Shown: positions 46,346 through 57,273, counted from the first letter of the stretch. The stretch: 64,000 bases of DNA from Candidatus Shapirobacteria bacterium (GCA_041659325.1 JBAZYN010000001.1:67342-131341), one strand, 5' to 3'. The notes: generated from the sequence alone by a model not told the origin. Translations and numbers: made by a program.

Positions 46346-47311
46346 ATGAAGAAACTCGTTTTCGTCATAACCGCAATAGTCCTCGCAACCACAGCTACCG
46401 CCTCGGGATGGTTTTTTGCAAGCATTAAGCCATATTCACCGTCAGATAGCAAACAAATTAGTTTCGTCATCAACAGAGGAGACGGGTTGGTATCAATCGG
46501 TCGTCGGCTTAAGACTCTAAAGATTATCAAAGACAATTACTCCTTTACTCTTTTGGCCTATATTCTGGGGCTTGATAAAAAATTACAAGCCGGAGATTTT
46601 CTTGTCTCACCCTCCTTATCCGTCGGAGAGATTATTAAAAAACTCTCGACGGCAGGCACCCACGACTACTGGCTTCAAATAATCGGCGGTATGAGAAACG
46701 AGGAAATAGCCGAAAAATTACCCGATAATTTACCTTTTCGCCCAGATGAGTTTTTAAGCTACTCGGCTGATAAACAAGGACATCTTTTCCCCGACAGTTA
46801 TCTTATTCCTGAAGCCTACTCCCCCGAACAGATCGTCAAACTTATTAGAAAAAATTTTGACACTAATATGATAAAAGCCAAACAGGATGCTACGAGCACC
46901 GATATCTCCGAAGAAGATGCCATTATTCTTGCTTCCCTTATTGAAAGAGAAGGCCGATCTCTGGAATCAAAAACATTCATCGCCGGGATTTTATTAAACC
47001 GATTGGAAGCCAATATCCCGCTTCAAGTTGATGCCTCAGTTCAATACGCCAGAGATACCAAAAAAATCCCTCAAAAATACTGGGAACCGCTCGCAAAAAG
47101 GGACCTCCAAATTATTTCTCCATTCAATACCTACCTAAACAGTGGTCTCCCTCCATCCCCCATATGTAATCCGGGATTTGACTCAATTTTTGCAGTTTTT
47201 CATCCCACCCCATCTGATTATCTTTTTTATATCACCGGCAACGACAATAAAATGCATTACGCCAAAACTCTCGACGAACACAACCAAAATATCCGAAACT
47301 ATCTAAATTAA
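46346..47311 (+). CDS. mltG: Endolytic transglycosylase MltG
   Basis: LQAGDF, GHLFPDSY, LASLIERE, LQVDAS, SPFNTY, GLPPSPICNPG. Confidence 0.95.
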   Translation: MKKLVFVITAIVLATTATASGWFFASIKPYSPSDSKQISFVINRGDGLVSIGRRLKTLKIIKDNYSFTLLAYILGLDKKLQAGDFLVSPSLSVGEIIKKLSTAGTHDYWLQIIGGMRNEEIAEKLPDNLPFRPDEFLSYSADKQGHLFPDSYLIPEAYSPEQIVKLIRKNFDTNMIKAKQDATSTDISEEDAIILASLIEREGRSLESKTFIAGILLNRLEANIPLQVDASVQYARDTKKIPQKYWEPLAKRDLQIISPFNTYLNSGLPPSPICNPGFDSIFAVFHPTPSDYLFYITGNDNKMHYAKTLDEHNQNIRNYLN

Positions 47312-47317
47312 CCAATC

Positions 47318-48424
47318 CTAGCCTTTAGTATTTATTAGCTTATTCAATACGTCCCACCTTCTTTTTTTCTCCGCTTGCGGAATATCATTAGGGTAAAGAT
47401 CCGCCGACACCGTCCCTTTCCGGGGGGAATACTTATTAATATACGCTATCTCAAAACCTACCTTCTCACATACACTTTTAGTATTTTCAAAAGCCCTCTC
47501 GCTTTCTCCCGGGAAACCCACGATTATATCCGTACTAAACCGAACATCCGCCACCTTCTCCCTTATCTTTGAAACCAATTTCAAATACTCATCGGCCGTA
47601 TAACCCCGGTTCATTTTTGTCAAAATTTCGTCATCTCCCGACTGCAAAGGTAAGTGAAGCAACCTGTCAATATTTTTATTCTTTGCTATTACCTCAATCA
47701 GCTTGTCATCAAAATCCCATGGGTTACTACTAATAAATGAAATCTTGTCGAGCGGTTTCTGTGCAATTTCCGACAATAATTTTGGAAACAAAGTCTTTAA
47801 TCTGTTTTTCCCCATCGAAACAAATTTATCTGAATCAATCAGGTCTGTTCCGTATGAATTTACATTTTGACCTATCAGCACAATTTCCCTAAAACCGTTT
47901 GTGATTGATTTATCAACTTCTTCTAAAATTTCCTGAAAATCTCTGGAAATTTCTTTTCCCCGGGAAGTCGGGACAATACAATACGAACAATAATTATTAC
48001 ATCCTGAACTTATGGGGATCAAAGCTGCCCGATTCTTATCTCTCAGCGGCTCTATTTTGTAGCTGATCTTATCAATTGGTAGAAAACCGGAAACCGCCGG
48101 GAAGCGTTTTTGTAAACTCAAAAGGCCCCTACCGTTTTTCTGCCGAACGGACTTCCCGACCAGACAACCGGTCACACATATTTGAATTTTTTTGTCGTAC
48201 TTTTTGTTCCACTTATTTACCAGATTAATCAGCCCATAGGCCCTATTTTCCGCTGATTCTCGGATAATACATGTGTTTATAAGAACTAAATCGGCCTCTT
48301 TCCAATCACTTGCAAGTCTATATCCCTTTTCCCAATAAAAAGCCAAAATCCTCTCCGAGTCCGCACTATTTTGGATACACCCGAAAGTTTTGATAAAAAG
48401 GCGTGGATTTATCGGTCGTTTCAC
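47318..48424 (-). CDS. miaB: MiaB-like radical-SAM methylthiotransferase lacking the TRAM domain
   Basis: TFGC..N..DSE, NTCIIRE, CNNYCSYC, GQNVNSYG, HLPLQSG, DIIVGFPGE; GTG 48424 is 6 nt after TACAAT. Confidence 0.85.
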   Translation of the reverse strand: MKRPINPRLFIKTFGCIQNSADSERILAFYWEKGYRLASDWKEADLVLINTCIIRESAENRAYGLINLVNKWNKKYDKKIQICVTGCLVGKSVRQKNGRGLLSLQKRFPAVSGFLPIDKISYKIEPLRDKNRAALIPISSGCNNYCSYCIVPTSRGKEISRDFQEILEEVDKSITNGFREIVLIGQNVNSYGTDLIDSDKFVSMGKNRLKTLFPKLLSEIAQKPLDKISFISSNPWDFDDKLIEVIAKNKNIDRLLHLPLQSGDDEILTKMNRGYTADEYLKLVSKIREKVADVRFSTDIIVGFPGESERAFENTKSVCEKVGFEIAYINKYSPRKGTVSADLYPNDIPQAEKKRRWDVLNKLINTKG

Positions 48425-48436
48425 CAAAAGATTGTA

Positions 48437-48922
48437 TCACATCCTACGGTACAATTTAGCCCCTCCAATCGTGGCTGCCATCGCCAGTCCGATACCCAAA
48501 ACCGTAGGAAATGTGGTCCCCGAGGCCGGTAAAGTAGCCGCCCCCCCACTTTCGACTGAATTCCAGTCTACCCCATCGGTTCCCATGGACAGGCTAAAAC
48601 TAATTGTTGACCCTCCGCTAGCGATTGTCACCTCATGACCTCCGACGGTTAATGGTTCTGTCGGTGTAAATGACCAATTACCGGAGGAGTCAGCATTAAT
48701 CTGCATAGCATTGCCGTCAATCGTCACCACCACTTCAGCTCCGGGAGTAGCCTCACCCTTGAAAGCCGGTTGTGAACCCGTGTACCACCATTTCGTAATT
48801 TGCCTACCCCCCGTTTCCGAATTTCCAATCGATTTAAGATTAAAACCTGATGCAAATGCGTCACTTCTTCCCACAAACACAAAAACCAACAAAATAACAA
48901 TATACCCAAACACCTGTTTCAT
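48437..48922 (-). CDS. Secreted Ig-like domain protein with LPASG sorting signal
   Basis: Signal peptide (AFA), bacterial Ig pattern (ADSSGNWSFTP), LPASG + TM + basic tail (KLYRRM). Confidence 0.85.
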   Translation of the reverse strand: MKQVFGYIVILLVFVFVGRSDAFASGFNLKSIGNSETGGRQITKWWYTGSQPAFKGEATPGAEVVVTIDGNAMQINADSSGNWSFTPTEPLTVGGHEVTIASGGSTISFSLSMGTDGVDWNSVESGGAATLPASGTTFPTVLGIGLAMAATIGGAKLYRRM

Positions 48923-48967
48923 AACCTAATACTAGTAGGACACTTTATAAACTTCAAGCATTAATCT

Positions 48968-48995
48968 GTAAAGACGTGGCGCGCTTTGTCTCTAC
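48968..48995. repeat. Degenerate GTAG-type REP-like hairpin
   Basis: GTAAAGAC-N12-GTCTCTAC (1 mismatch) in a divergent intergenic region. Confidence 0.5.
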
Positions 48996-49038
48996 GCGAA
49001 ATTTGACAACATACCGCAAAGAATGAGATATTATTTGC

Positions 49039-49683
49039 ATGGATTCAAATAATTCCAATCCCAGTCCACAAAACTCCGACGACACAAGCACCAAATATCA
49101 GAATATCCTGGACCAGTATTCCAAACAAATCACCCAAGTACCCGACCTGGATCCAGATTCCGATGATCAAGCAGTTGTAAATCCGGACAGCCTCCTCGGA
49201 GCTTCTCCGATAGAGTCTGTTTCGACACCACCTGCAGCTCTACCCACCGTACCTCATGTTTTGGCAACTCCAGTCCCCCCTCCGCCTTTAGACAAACAAG
49301 CTTCCCCACTGTCTTCAGATCCTGCTTCCGATAGTCCGCCAACCGCCCCCAACTCGCCGGAAAACATCCCTCCGATTACTCCCGCAAAAGAATCAAATTT
49401 TTTTAAAATCCTTTTTTTTGTTTCCCTATTAATATTTTTAGCCGTTACTTCGGCCTTGGCAATTAGTTTTATCAATAGCCCCAAAACCGCTACCGATTCT
49501 ACAAACCCTAGCGTCCCCGCAGACGTCGGACCTACTAGCACTCCCGGGGTTGAATCCTTCTGCTATCTCAACGACAACAAGTACAAATTAAACGAATCTT
49601 TCCCTTCTGCCGATGGCTGCAACACTTGCTCTTGCGGTTTAGACGGGACAATTTCCTGTACCGAAAAAGCCTGTAATGAATAA
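49039..49683 (+). CDS. Single-TM protein with Pro-rich N-terminus and C-terminal pacifastin/VWC-like 6-Cys domain
   Basis: C...CNTCSCGLDGTISCTEKAC at the C-terminus. Confidence 0.8.
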   Translation: MDSNNSNPSPQNSDDTSTKYQNILDQYSKQITQVPDLDPDSDDQAVVNPDSLLGASPIESVSTPPAALPTVPHVLATPVPPPPLDKQASPLSSDPASDSPPTAPNSPENIPPITPAKESNFFKILFFVSLLIFLAVTSALAISFINSPKTATDSTNPSVPADVGPTSTPGVESFCYLNDNKYKLNESFPSADGCNTCSCGLDGTISCTEKACNE

Positions 49684-49697
49684 CTTCAAACTACTCA

Positions 49698-49726
49698 TTG
49701 ACCGCATATCTGTTTGAAGCTATAAT
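49698..49726 (+). promoter_or_regulatory. Sigma-70 promoter of rpoB
   Basis: TTGACC-N17-TATAAT; followed by the hairpin TTGGCGA...TCGCCGA in the leader. Confidence 0.75.
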
Positions 49727-49788
49727 ACAAAACATTTGGCGAACAGGGTGAAGTATCGCCGATTTTTTATAATATTTTAAAAAACGCG

Positions 49789-52700
49789 ATGGGTTCCGCA
49801 AAAAGAATAAATTGGGGTAAAAATTATCCTAACCTTCCGAAGCTTGATTTAATACAAATTCAAAAAGAATCATGGGGCAACTTTCTTGAAAAAGAGCTCA
49901 AAGAAACCATCAAATCCATTTCACCAATCACCGACTACACGGGAAACAACTGGAAGCTTGATTTGGGTGATCTGACATTTGATCCTATTACTGTTTCTCC
50001 TGAAGTTACCAAGAAAAAAGGTCTCAACTATACCGTCCCCGTTAGGATCAAAGCCACTTTAACCAATAAGAGAACCGGCGACATACGAGAAGAAGACGTT
50101 TTCTTTTTAAATCTCCCCACCATGACCCAGGAGGGGACATTTATTATTAACGGTATAGAGCGGGGTGTTATCAACCAATTAGTTCGCTCACCCGGGATCT
50201 ATTTTACCGGAGAAAACGACGCAGCCACCGGAAAAATACTTTACAATGCAGAAATTCGCCCGGTTCGGGGTTCATGGTTGGAATTTTTTATCGGCAAAAA
50301 AGATGTAATTTTTGCCAGGATTGATAGAAAAAAGAAATTTCCCGCCACAATAATTTTAAGAGCCGCCTGCAGCATGTCAGATAAGCAGCTTGTAAGTGAA
50401 TTTTCCGACTATATCAACCACACAATTCAGGCTGATCCCTCAAAGAATTCCGAAGAAGCAATTCTTGAATTCTATCGTAAATTACGTCCGGGAGAGCCGG
50501 TGGTTCTGGAAAACGCCGAGAAATTTTTTCAGGAAAGATTTTTTGACATAAAGACCTATGAACTTGGAAATGTCGGCCGCTATAAAATTAATAAGAAATT
50601 CAGGTTTAACTTTGATGACTTAAACAAAGATAACTGGGTTTTACGGAAAGAAGACCTTATCGCCACCATTAAGTATCTTATTCAGCTCCAAAAGGGTGAA
50701 GTTACCAGGCTAGACGATATTGACAGTTTAGCAAATCGTCGCCTAAGAAGATGCGGTGAAATAATTTCCCAAGTAGCTATTCGCCCGGCTCTGGCCAGAT
50801 TTGAAAGAATGGTTAAGGAAAGAATGAGTTTAATTCCCACCAAAGATAAGCCGGTTCCTTCTCAGATGATCAATCCTCAACCCCTTATTTCGTCACTTAA
50901 TACATTTTTTAGATCAAATCAATTATCGGCAATTCTTGATCAGACTAACCCTCTGGCGGAATTGGATCTCCTAAGAAGGGTAACTGTTGTGGGCGTCGGC
51001 GGATTAACCAGAGAGCGTGCTGCCTTCTCTATCCGTGATGTTCACAGTTCTCAATACGGTCGGATCTGTGCCGTTCGTTCCCCGGAAGGCCCGAATATCG
51101 GATTAGTTTCCTATTTGGCTTTATATGCCAAAGTCAACAAGTACGGCTTTATTGAAGCTCCGTTCCGAAAAGTAGAAAAAGACAAAAAGGGCTACAAAAT
51201 TTCTGATTTACCCACCTATCTTGATGCTGATGATGAATACAATACTCATATAACCCATCTTGGAGTCAAAATTACCGATCAAGGTTATATTGGGCAGGAT
51301 TGGGCCCCGATTAGATATCAGGGTGAATTTATCGAGGGCCCCGCAGATTCGATCGAATACATTGATCTCGTCCCCAATGAAATTGTCGGATCTTCCGCCT
51401 CATTAATCCCTTTCGTCGATCACGACGATGCCACCAGGGCACTAATGGGTTCGCACATGCAGACCCAGGCAGTTCCTCTAATCTCAACCGACTCCCCCTA
51501 TGTCGGTACCGGGATGGAATCAATCATCGCCACCTCAATGGGAAGAACAGTATTAGCCAACCATTCGGGTATAGTTACTTTTGTTGATGGTTCAAAAGTT
51601 ATCGTTTCGCTTGACAAAAAAGCCGACCAGAATGAAAATAATGATCATAGCGAAATTAGTCGTGATGGAAAGACTGAAACGTACCATGTAGGTAAGTTTG
51701 AAAGAACTTCACCGTATGGTACTTGTTACAATCAGCACGTTGTCGTGGACATCGGAGACAAGATTAAAAAAGGTGATTTAGTTATCGACGGTCCCTCAAC
51801 CAAAAACGGAGAATTATCTATCGGCAAGAACTTATTAGTTGCTTATGCCTCAATCGATGGTCTTGGCTACGAGGATTCTTTACTCATATCAGACCGGCTA
51901 GTGAAAGAAGATATCCTCACCAATGTTCAAATATATGAGTACAAAGCAGATGTTGTCGAAACAAAACTCGGATCAGAGGAGCTCACAAAAGATATCCCAA
52001 ATGTTTCTGAAGTTGAGCTCTCAAAACTGACTGACGATGGAATTGTAATGATTGGCGCCACAGTTGGTCCAAACGATATTCTGGTCGGAAAAGTTGAGCC
52101 GAGAGGAGAAAAAGAACTTTCAGCCGAAGAGAGATTATTACGCGCGATTTTCGGTGAAAAGGCCCGAGAAGTGAAAGACACCTCCCTTCGTGTCCCAAAC
52201 GGTGAAGGCGGAGTGGTCATAAAGGTAGATATCTTGGACAAAATAAACGGTGATGAACTGGACCCGGGCGTAAATAAGGTGGTAAAGGTATATGTCGCTC
52301 AAATAAGAAGAATTCAGGAGGGAGACAAAATTGCCGGAAGACATGGAAACAAAGGAGTAATTTCTCGTATTCTTCCCGAATATGATATGCCCAGGCTCGC
52401 CGACGGTACTCCCATTGATTTGGTTATGTCACCTCTGTCCGTTATCGCCCGTATGAACTTGGGACAGATTCTCGAAACCACTTTAGCTCATGCCGGATTT
52501 AAACTCAACCGTAAATACGATGTTCCGGTTTTCGAAAAATACTCTGAAGATCAAATCGGTAAAGAATTAAGTCAAGCTGGATTAGCCTCAAATGGCAAAA
52601 TCCAACTTTATGATGGCCGTACCGGCTTAGAATACGATCAACAAAGTGTCGTGGGGATAGGATACATTCTCAAGTTGGTTCACATGGTAGACGACAAAGT

Positions 52701-53115
52701 TCATTCCCGATCAACCGGTCCTTACTCTCTTGTCACCCAACAACCTCTCGGCGGTAAAGCCAGAATGGGTGGTCAACGACTTGGGGAGATGGAAGTTTGG
52801 GCTTTGGAAGCCCACCAAGCTGCCCATACCCTCCAGGAAATGCTTACCATTAAGTCCGACGACATAGAAGGGCGTACCCACGCCTTCCAGTCCATCATCA
52901 AAGGAATGCCGATTCCCGAACCGGCCATTCCGGAATCTTTTAAGGTATTAACAAAAGAACTTTCCGGTCTCGGTCTGGACATTTCTCCAGTAGGGCTAAA
53001 AGAGCCAGCAATCATCGAAGAGGAAATACCCGCTATTTCACCGAAGCAATCCAAACTACTCGAGGCAAAAGAAGCAAAAAATGAACTGTTAGAAGACGAA
53101 AAGGAGGAAAACTAA
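49789..53115 (+). CDS. rpoB: RNA polymerase beta subunit
   Basis: GTFIING.ER, PEGPNIGL, GDKIAGRHGNKG, QQPLGG, GGQRLGEMEVWALE. Confidence 0.99.
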   Translation: MGSAKRINWGKNYPNLPKLDLIQIQKESWGNFLEKELKETIKSISPITDYTGNNWKLDLGDLTFDPITVSPEVTKKKGLNYTVPVRIKATLTNKRTGDIREEDVFFLNLPTMTQEGTFIINGIERGVINQLVRSPGIYFTGENDAATGKILYNAEIRPVRGSWLEFFIGKKDVIFARIDRKKKFPATIILRAACSMSDKQLVSEFSDYINHTIQADPSKNSEEAILEFYRKLRPGEPVVLENAEKFFQERFFDIKTYELGNVGRYKINKKFRFNFDDLNKDNWVLRKEDLIATIKYLIQLQKGEVTRLDDIDSLANRRLRRCGEIISQVAIRPALARFERMVKERMSLIPTKDKPVPSQMINPQPLISSLNTFFRSNQLSAILDQTNPLAELDLLRRVTVVGVGGLTRERAAFSIRDVHSSQYGRICAVRSPEGPNIGLVSYLALYAKVNKYGFIEAPFRKVEKDKKGYKISDLPTYLDADDEYNTHITHLGVKITDQGYIGQDWAPIRYQGEFIEGPADSIEYIDLVPNEIVGSSASLIPFVDHDDATRALMGSHMQTQAVPLISTDSPYVGTGMESIIATSMGRTVLANHSGIVTFVDGSKVIVSLDKKADQNENNDHSEISRDGKTETYHVGKFERTSPYGTCYNQHVVVDIGDKIKKGDLVIDGPSTKNGELSIGKNLLVAYASIDGLGYEDSLLISDRLVKEDILTNVQIYEYKADVVETKLGSEELTKDIPNVSEVELSKLTDDGIVMIGATVGPNDILVGKVEPRGEKELSAEERLLRAIFGEKAREVKDTSLRVPNGEGGVVIKVDILDKINGDELDPGVNKVVKVYVAQIRRIQEGDKIAGRHGNKGVISRILPEYDMPRLADGTPIDLVMSPLSVIARMNLGQILETTLAHAGFKLNRKYDVPVFEKYSEDQIGKELSQAGLASNGKIQLYDGRTGLEYDQQSVVGIGYILKLVHMVDDKVHSRSTGPYSLVTQQPLGGKARMGGQRLGEMEVWALEAHQAAHTLQEMLTIKSDDIEGRTHAFQSIIKGMPIPEPAIPESFKVLTKELSGLGLDISPVGLKEPAIIEEEIPAISPKQSKLLEAKEAKNELLEDEKEEN

Positions 53116-53116
53116 A

Positions 53117-56100
53117 ATGTTTAAATTCAGAAGTATGATTGACTTTACCGGTTTACAAATTAAGTTAGCCTCACCTGCCGACATTCTGTCCTGGTCAAAC
53201 GGTGAAGTAACCAAGCCGGAAACCATTAATTATCGAAGTTGGCGTCCCGAAAAAGACGGCCTATTTTGCGAAAAAATATTTGGCCCGAGCCACGATTTCG
53301 AATGCTATTGTGGAAAATACAAAAAAATCAGGTTCAAAGGGGTAATTTGCGACAAGTGTGGCGTCGAAGTCACCACCTCAAAAGTCAGGCGTGAACGGAT
53401 GGGTCATATCTCTCTGGCGGCTCCGGTTGCTCATTTGTGGTATCTTCGAAACACCCCCTCTCCAATCGGCGTAATTCTCGATATTCCCCAAAAAGATCTT
53501 GAATCAGTGGTATATTTTACAAAATTTTTAATCACATCAATTAATCCGGATAAAAGAAAAGAAGCCGTCGAGAATCTTGAAGAAAACTCTAAAAAAAGGA
53601 AAGAACAAATCAATATTGACTCAAAAAAAGCCACCGAGCTAAAGACCGAACAAAATATCAAAGAAAAGCAGGAACTGGCAAAAAAAATCAAAAACAAAGA
53701 TCAGCTCTTAATCGCCCAGGAAGAACGAGACGTCAGGCTTAAACAAGATCTTCAAAAAATCGAAAATAAAGCCCAAACAGAAAAAAACAGAATTGATGGT
53801 CTGATGAAATTTCTGGAAGACAAAATCCATTCTCTCCAGGTTCTTTCGACTCTGTCGGATGAAGAAAGCTTTTACCTCTCTCAGTTTAAATCAGACATTT
53901 TTTACGAGGCCAAAATGGGGGCAGAAGCTGTTCTGGAAGTCTTAAGCCAGATCGATTTGAAAGCAACGGTAAAAAATTTAAAGAAAGAATTAGGTAAAAC
54001 TACCAGTAAAGTCAAAAAGAAAAAGATCATGCACAAAATCAGGATAATCAACGGTATGATCGACAATAATATCTCTCCATCTTGGATGATAATGACTCAG
54101 GTTCCCGTTATTCCGCCGGACCTAAGACCGATGGTTCAGTTAACCGGTGGTAGATTTGCTACCTCAGATTTAAATGATTTATACCGTCGTCTGATAAACA
54201 GAAATAACCGGCTCAAAAAATTACTCAAACTTGGTGCGCCGGAAATAATCTTGCGCAATGAAAAGAGAATGCTTCAGGAATCGGTCGATACCCTCATCGA
54301 CGCCCAAAAAAGCAGTAAAAACAAAAGAAAAAGCACAAAGAGGACTCCACGTTCGCTATCCGACTTATTGCGTGGCAAAAAAGGCCGTTTCCGAAGGAAT
54401 TTGCTGGGGAAAAGAGTCGATTATTCCGGGCGTTCAGTTATTGTTGTCGGCCCGGAGCTAAAATTAAACGAAGTTGGTCTGCCAAAGGAAATCGCCCTGG
54501 AAATGTATCGCCCTTTTGTTCTTCGGGAACTAATGATGACCGGTTTAGCCCCAAATATTAAAAGTGCTAAAAATCTGATAGACCACCGTATCAATGAGGT
54601 GTATGATATCCTCGAAAAAGTTACCAAGGGAAGCTATGTTTTGTTAAATCGGGCTCCCACTCTCCATAAACTTTCGATTCAGTCGTTTAGGCCGGTACTT
54701 GTCGATGGATTAGCCATAAGGCTACACCCGTGTGTCTGTAAGGCCTTTAATGCCGATTTTGACGGAGATCAAATGGGTGTTCATCTCCCGCTATCTGCTG
54801 CTTCCCAGAAAGAGGCGCGGGTATTAATGTTGCCTTCAAGAAACCTGTTAAAACCATCAGACGGTAGTCCCGTATCAGTCCCAACCCAGGAGATGGCGGT
54901 TGGTTGTTATTATATAACTTCAGTCCGATCCGAAGATCTGGCAAAACTAGATCGGCAAGATTATGATGGTTTGTCAATTTTGGCAGACGAAAAAGAAGTT
55001 TCCTTAGCTTATGAGTCCGGAAAAATCGGTCTCAGAGAATTAATTGCCGTAAGAATCAAGGGTAAATTAATCAGAACTACCTATGGAAGAATCTGGTTCA
55101 ACAAGATCCTTCCAAAAGAGTTTAGTTTTGTAAATGAAGCAATGGCCGGAAGCAAAGCCGTGAATGACTTAATCGTCAAATCATTGGAAATTGCCGGAAG
55201 AATGAGAACTGTAAAGCTAATTGATAGCCTGAAAGATATCGGTTTCAAAGGCTTCACCCTCTCGGGGATCTCCCTCTCCATGGCCGATTGCGGCTACTTA
55301 CCTGAAAAGGGGGATATTATTTCATCTGCCAACAAACAGGTTTCAGAGATCGAAGATAACTATAAAATGGGTCTTATCAGTAACGAAGAGAAAAAACGGC
55401 TCAGTCAAAATGTCTGGATGGAAATTACCGAAGAAATTGCCGAAAAAACATGGGCAACCCTAGATGTTGATTCACCAATCAGAATTGTTTCCGCTGCCGG
55501 TATAAAACGTGCTTCCAAGGATCAAATCAAACAGCTGTCGGGTATGAGAGGCTTAATGGTCGATCCTACCGGACGTATCGTTCAATTACCAACCAAATCA
55601 AACTTTCGTGAGGGGCTTTCTGTATTTGAGTATGTCACCGGTGCCAGGGGTACTCGTAAAGGTTTGGCTGATACGGCATTAAAAACCGCCGATGCCGGTT
55701 ACCTAACCAGGAGACTTGTTGATGCTGCCCACGTTGCCATTATCCGTACCGACGATTGCGGTACGGCTAAATTTATTACCATCGAGAGAAACGACAAGGG
55801 TAGAGAAAGGTATTTTGGTCGTCGTATTTTGGGTAGAGTTTTAGCCAATGATGTCCTTGATCCAAATGCCAACAAAGTTATCGCCTCGAAAGGGGAGATT
55901 GTCAACAACGAGTTGGTTGCCGCAATCGATAAATGTGAAGTTAAATCGATTGACATTCGATCTGCGCTCGAATGCTCAGCCAAAAACGGACTCTGTCAGC
56001 AATGTTACGGTTGGGATCTTTCCACCAGGAAACTTGTCGAAGTTGGAGTTCCCGTTGGAGTTATCGCTGCCCAGTCGATTGGTGAGCCTGGTACTCAGCT

Positions 56101-56872
56101 CACTCTTCGTACCAAACACACCGGAGGAGTTGTCGGAGTCGACGTTACCCAAGGATTGCCCCGTATCCAGGAACTTTTTGAAGTTAGGACACCAAAATTA
56201 CCCTCACCCTTGGCCGAAATTAGTGGCAAAATAAAAATAAAAGAAAACCTGGATGGATATGAAATGAAATTAACCGGAAAAGACAAAAACAATGTTACCA
56301 AGACAATCAACTACGTATTGCCCATAAATGTTACTCTTTTGGTTTCAGACGGTGATCTGGTTGCCCAGGGAGCTCAACTATCATCCGGATCCCTAGATGT
56401 TCGGGAAATTATGGATATCAAGGGCATAGAGGCCGCTCAAAGATATCTGATAAACAGCATTCAATCGGTTTACGAATCTCAAGGAATCACAATCCATGAT
56501 AAGCACATGGAGGTAATCGTCAGAGAGATGAGTGACAAGCTAAAAATAGAAGATCCGGGAGATACCAATTTCATGTATGGTCAGGTTGTAACCAGACCTG
56601 CTTATACTATTGCCAACGATAAAGCAAAAAGTGCCAACGGAAAATCGTCAAAGGGTAAAAAGGTCCTGTTGGGGCTAATTCAGTCTGCCCTGTCAACCGG
56701 TTCTTGGTTATCGGCTTCTTCTTTTCAGCAAACAACCAACGTTCTTACCGAAGCTTCCCTTCTTGCTGAGGTTGATTGCTTGATTGGTCTAAAGGAAAAT
56801 GTTATTATCGGACGTCTGATACCAGTCAGTAAACATCAATTAACAAATACATGCCCACCTCAAACCAATTAA
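53117..56872 (+). CDS. rpoC: RNA polymerase beta' subunit
   Basis: KPETINYR, Zn finger, [27 protein letters not shown]. Confidence 0.99.
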   Translation: MFKFRSMIDFTGLQIKLASPADILSWSNGEVTKPETINYRSWRPEKDGLFCEKIFGPSHDFECYCGKYKKIRFKGVICDKCGVEVTTSKVRRERMGHISLAAPVAHLWYLRNTPSPIGVILDIPQKDLESVVYFTKFLITSINPDKRKEAVENLEENSKKRKEQINIDSKKATELKTEQNIKEKQELAKKIKNKDQLLIAQEERDVRLKQDLQKIENKAQTEKNRIDGLMKFLEDKIHSLQVLSTLSDEESFYLSQFKSDIFYEAKMGAEAVLEVLSQIDLKATVKNLKKELGKTTSKVKKKKIMHKIRIINGMIDNNISPSWMIMTQVPVIPPDLRPMVQLTGGRFATSDLNDLYRRLINRNNRLKKLLKLGAPEIILRNEKRMLQESVDTLIDAQKSSKNKRKSTKRTPRSLSDLLRGKKGRFRRNLLGKRVDYSGRSVIVVGPELKLNEVGLPKEIALEMYRPFVLRELMMTGLAPNIKSAKNLIDHRINEVYDILEKVTKGSYVLLNRAPTLHKLSIQSFRPVLVDGLAIRLHPCVCKAFNADFDGDQMGVHLPLSAASQKEARVLMLPSRNLLKPSDGSPVSVPTQEMAVGCYYITSVRSEDLAKLDRQDYDGLSILADEKEVSLAYESGKIGLRELIAVRIKGKLIRTTYGRIWFNKILPKEFSFVNEAMAGSKAVNDLIVKSLEIAGRMRTVKLIDSLKDIGFKGFTLSGISLSMADCGYLPEKGDIISSANKQVSEIEDNYKMGLISNEEKKRLSQNVWMEITEEIAEKTWATLDVDSPIRIVSAAGIKRASKDQIKQLSGMRGLMVDPTGRIVQLPTKSNFREGLSVFEYVTGARGTRKGLADTALKTADAGYLTRRLVDAAHVAIIRTDDCGTAKFITIERNDKGRERYFGRRILGRVLANDVLDPNANKVIASKGEIVNNELVAAIDKCEVKSIDIRSALECSAKNGLCQQCYGWDLSTRKLVEVGVPVGVIAAQSIGEPGTQLTLRTKHTGGVVGVDVTQGLPRIQELFEVRTPKLPSPLAEISGKIKIKENLDGYEMKLTGKDKNNVTKTINYVLPINVTLLVSDGDLVAQGAQLSSGSLDVREIMDIKGIEAAQRYLINSIQSVYESQGITIHDKHMEVIVREMSDKLKIEDPGDTNFMYGQVVTRPAYTIANDKAKSANGKSSKGKKVLLGLIQSALSTGSWLSASSFQQTTNVLTEASLLAEVDCLIGLKENVIIGRLIPVSKHQLTNTCPPQTN

Positions 56873-57273
56873 TCAGGAAAGGAAGGAAAACTCCGACCAA
56901 GAAAGTTAAAGCCGGTGCTCTTCGTAATAACTTTAACAGCATAAAGAATAGAAGCGTAAATACATTTAACCCCTTCAAGAAGGGGGTGGTGACAGTCGTC
57001 AAAACAATGACACCAAAAAAACCACATTCTGCATTGAGAAAGGTAGCCAGAGTTAAGCTCAGCAACCACAGTAGCGTTACCGCCTATATTCCCGGCATTG
57101 GACACAACCTTGCCGAACACGGTATAGTTAGCATCCGAGGCGGCAGAGTCAGGGATTTACCTGGTATCCGATATCATATCGTTCGCGGAAAATTTGATGC
57201 TGGTTCTGTCGTTGGCAGACTTCAATCCCGCAGTAAATATGGCGCAAAACGTCCATCGAAAGCTTCCGCCTAA
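56851..57273 (+). CDS. rpsL: 30S ribosomal protein S12
   Basis: [39 protein letters not shown]. Confidence 0.98.
   Translation: MPTSNQLIRKGRKTPTKKVKAGALRNNFNSIKNRSVNTFNPFKKGVVTVVKTMTPKKPHSALRKVARVKLSNHSSVTAYIPGIGHNLAEHGIVSIRGGRVRDLPGIRYHIVRGKFDAGSVVGRLQSRSKYGAKRPSKASA

Noticed and set aside
48390-48929. Plus-strand ORFs over the Ig/LPASG gene
   Set aside because: The minus-strand gene has a signal peptide, Ig pattern and sorting signal.
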